Of a stretch of DNA of 64,000 nucleotides, positions 61,840-64,000 are shown piece by piece. The first letter of the stretch is position 1. Every line of letters starts with the position of its first letter. The DNA comes from Macrostomum lignano (Eukaryota): the NCBI GenBank assembly GCA_002269645.1, contig NIVC01002870.1, positions 1 to 64,000 on the forward strand, in the 5' to 3' direction. Made by a program: the position numbers and the translations under genes. Below the pieces are notes generated by a model that was given only the letters and a program-made list of their open reading frames with translations, was not told where the DNA came from and did no database searches.

Positions 61840-62250
61840 GGGGATTAGGGGAATTCTAGAAGGGGATTGGGGGAATTCTAGAAGAGGATAACCGGCGATT
61901 CTAGAAGGAAATAAGGGGCGATTCTAGAAGGGGAATCGGGGAATTCTAGAAGAGGATAAGGGGAATTCTAGAGAGAGATAAGGGGAAATTCTAGAAGGGG
62001 ATTAAGGGAATTCTAGAAAGGGATAAGGGGAATTCTAGAATGGGATTAGGGGAATTCTAGAAAGGGATAAGGGGAATTCTAGAAGGGGATTATAGAAATT
62101 CTAGAAAGGGATAAGGGGAATTCTAGAAGGGGATTATAGAAATTCCAGAAGGGGATAAGGGGCGATTCTAAAAGTGGATTAGGGGTGATTCTAGAAGGGG
62201 ATAACGGGCGATTCTAGAAGGGGATAACGGGCGATTCTAGAAGGGGATAA
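61840..62250. repeat. ~22-bp minisatellite (ggggaattctagaaggggataa)
   Basis: Direct periodicity. Confidence 0.9.
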
Positions 62251-62548
62251 AGGACCGATTGCTAAGCTTCGATACTGGAAAAGGCTCCAGATTCCAGAAG
62301 TAAATTTTGATCAGAGCTGAACATGCGTTGTAAACCAAGGCAAGCAAAATCATGCAAATCGGCAATGTATTTTTATATGTAGAAATATTTGCAGTACTTA
62401 GCAGTACCAAAAACTGAGTAATGACAGCGAAATGCGGAAACTGGAGAAAGAAAAAAAACAACAGAAGAAAAATGCACTGTAATTAACCGGTATGAACAGA
62501 TATTGGAAACAGGCTACTAAAAGTAGACAGTTAGACATGTGACACCCA

Positions 62549-62877
62549 TCAGCCAGACAGACCATCATCCCAGTCGGCTAAAAACTCGTCATCTTGAGCA
62601 GCCAGTCCAGCCTCCTGCTGCCGGCCGCCCAGCCGTTCTTGAGCCTTCCTAGCCCGGACCCGACGTCGCAGAGCATCGACATCGGCTTGAGTGACGCAGC
62701 GGAAGCGAATCGCCGTGGCCGTCTCCTGCCGGATGTCGAATGCCAGCAGGAACAGGCCGGCCATATTGGCCAGCTGCTGCTGCATCTCCAGCAGAGCCGC
62801 TTGGCAGCGGGCCAGGGTGCCCGAGTCTCCGGAACGGCGGGCGGCATCGGCCTCGGCCGCTGTGAAGCCCAGCAGAT
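62549..62877 (-). CDS. Probable terminal exon of an unidentified gene whose 5' part lies beyond the window
   Basis: ccccgcag acceptor at 62878, GC-rich open frame LLGFTAAEADAARRSGDSGTLARCQAALLEMQQQLANMAGLFLLAFDIRQETATAIRFRCVTQADVDALRRRVRARKAQERL...DDEFLADWDDGLSG*. Confidence 0.6.
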
Positions 62878-63029
62878 CTGCGGGGGATGGAGCCAGCTGG
62901 GAGATTTGAGAGGCTGAGCGCGACTCGAATCCCGGTCACAGTTCATCAATATTGAGCAAATTTTAGAAGCCCCGAATTCCGACTTGAATATGAGAGCCAT
63001 TCGCAAGAGGCGAGGGCGATCCTAGAAAG

Positions 63030-63270
63030 GGGATTATCATAATCCTCCATCTAGGAACCATGATCCCACACTTAGTAATCATAATCCCCCACCTAGGAAC
63101 CATGATCCCACACCTAGGAATCATAATCCCCCACCTAGGAACCATGATCCGACACCTATCAATCATGATCCCACCTCCCACACCTAGGAATCATGATCCC
63201 ACACATAGGAATCATAATGCCCTACCTAGGAACCATGATCCCACACCTAGGAATCATGATCTCTAGGATC
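63030..63270. repeat. 21-22-bp minisatellite (cacctaggaaccatgatccca)
   Basis: Direct periodicity. Confidence 0.88.
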
Positions 63271-63280
63271 TAGGACCTAG

Positions 63281-64000
63281 GATCTCTGGGAAAACGACGC
63301 CCTCGATATCAAAGTCGAGGCGATTCGAAACCCCAACGGCAGCGTCATTCTCGCCTTCCAGGACGAGGCCCAGCTTGAGCTCGCGCTGGCAAACCTTGTG
63401 TCCATCTCCTGGGACACCTGCGCGACCGCTCTCCCACCTATGGTCGTTGAGCGTGCCCGACCACCGCCGCCCTGCAGGCGCTACCGAGCCTTCTACTCTG
63501 GCTCGAGAAGCATCGAGGAGATCCGCGCCCGGCTCCTTAGTAAAAACCCCGACCTACCTCAGGACGGTATCCCGGCAAGCGCTCCCGGCAAGACCCTGTA
63601 TATGGGTTTCTCCGCGGAGTGGGAAGACGCCCTCAAGAAGGACGATTTTGCCGCCTACATCGGAGCGTCGAAGATCGTCTTCCACCTGCTGCCCAGGCGT
63701 CGTCCAGCCTGTATCCTTCAGGAGGCGCTAAAGCTGCAAAGTTTTGCTGATTCTCTCTCTAAATTACTTGTTGACTGTTTTACTACAGGTTACATTCCCA
63801 CAATCTGGAGAATGTCCAGAGTCGTGCTCATCCCGAAACCCGCCAAGGGTGACTACACCAACGTGAAATCCTTCCGGCCAATCAGCCTCACCTCCTTTTG
63901 TGCTAAGCTGATGGAGAGGCTCATCCTGTGGAGGCTTCGAGAGTGCGACCTGCGCTCCGACCCCGTCAGTAAGTACCAGTACGCCTTCCAGCTTGGGAAC
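63281..64000 (+). mobile_element. Non-LTR retrotransposon (LINE) fragment: ORF1-like segment continuing in frame into reverse transcriptase; runs off the window end
   Basis: Open frame from 63281 to the window end. The C-terminal part [46 protein letters not shown]...QYAF is the canonical start of a non-LTR RT. Confidence 0.9.

Overview
Eukaryotic (metazoan) genomic DNA with GC-rich exons and AT-rich or tandem-repeat-filled introns. The style resembles the flatworm Macrostomum lignano (inference, not proven). Spliced gene models were built by hand from GT/AG sites and frame continuity. In order: (1) a BTB plus NPH3-domain protein of the plant NPH3/RPT2-like family (+, 6 exons); (2) ARMC3 (-, 19 exons including a 15-nt microexon); (3) cytosolic aspartate aminotransferase GOT1 (+, head-to-head with ARMC3); (4) an intronless unknown ORF (+); (5) a 7-cadherin-repeat protocadherin (+) with one apparent 1-nt frameshift; (6-7) two tandem intracellular serpins (-) with near-identical first exons but different reactive loops, one matching the CrmA Asp-Cys-Ala loop; (8) ABRAXAS1-like (-) ending in the BRCT-binding motif SPVF; (9) TMEM220 (-); (10) the last exon of an unidentified gene (-); (11) a non-LTR retrotransposon fragment in which ORF1-like sequence runs in frame into reverse transcriptase. 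More than 25 distinct micro/minisatellite arrays are present, most filling introns. Most long ORFs in the supplied track are artefacts of these repeats. No CRISPR, rRNA or tRNA was recognised.
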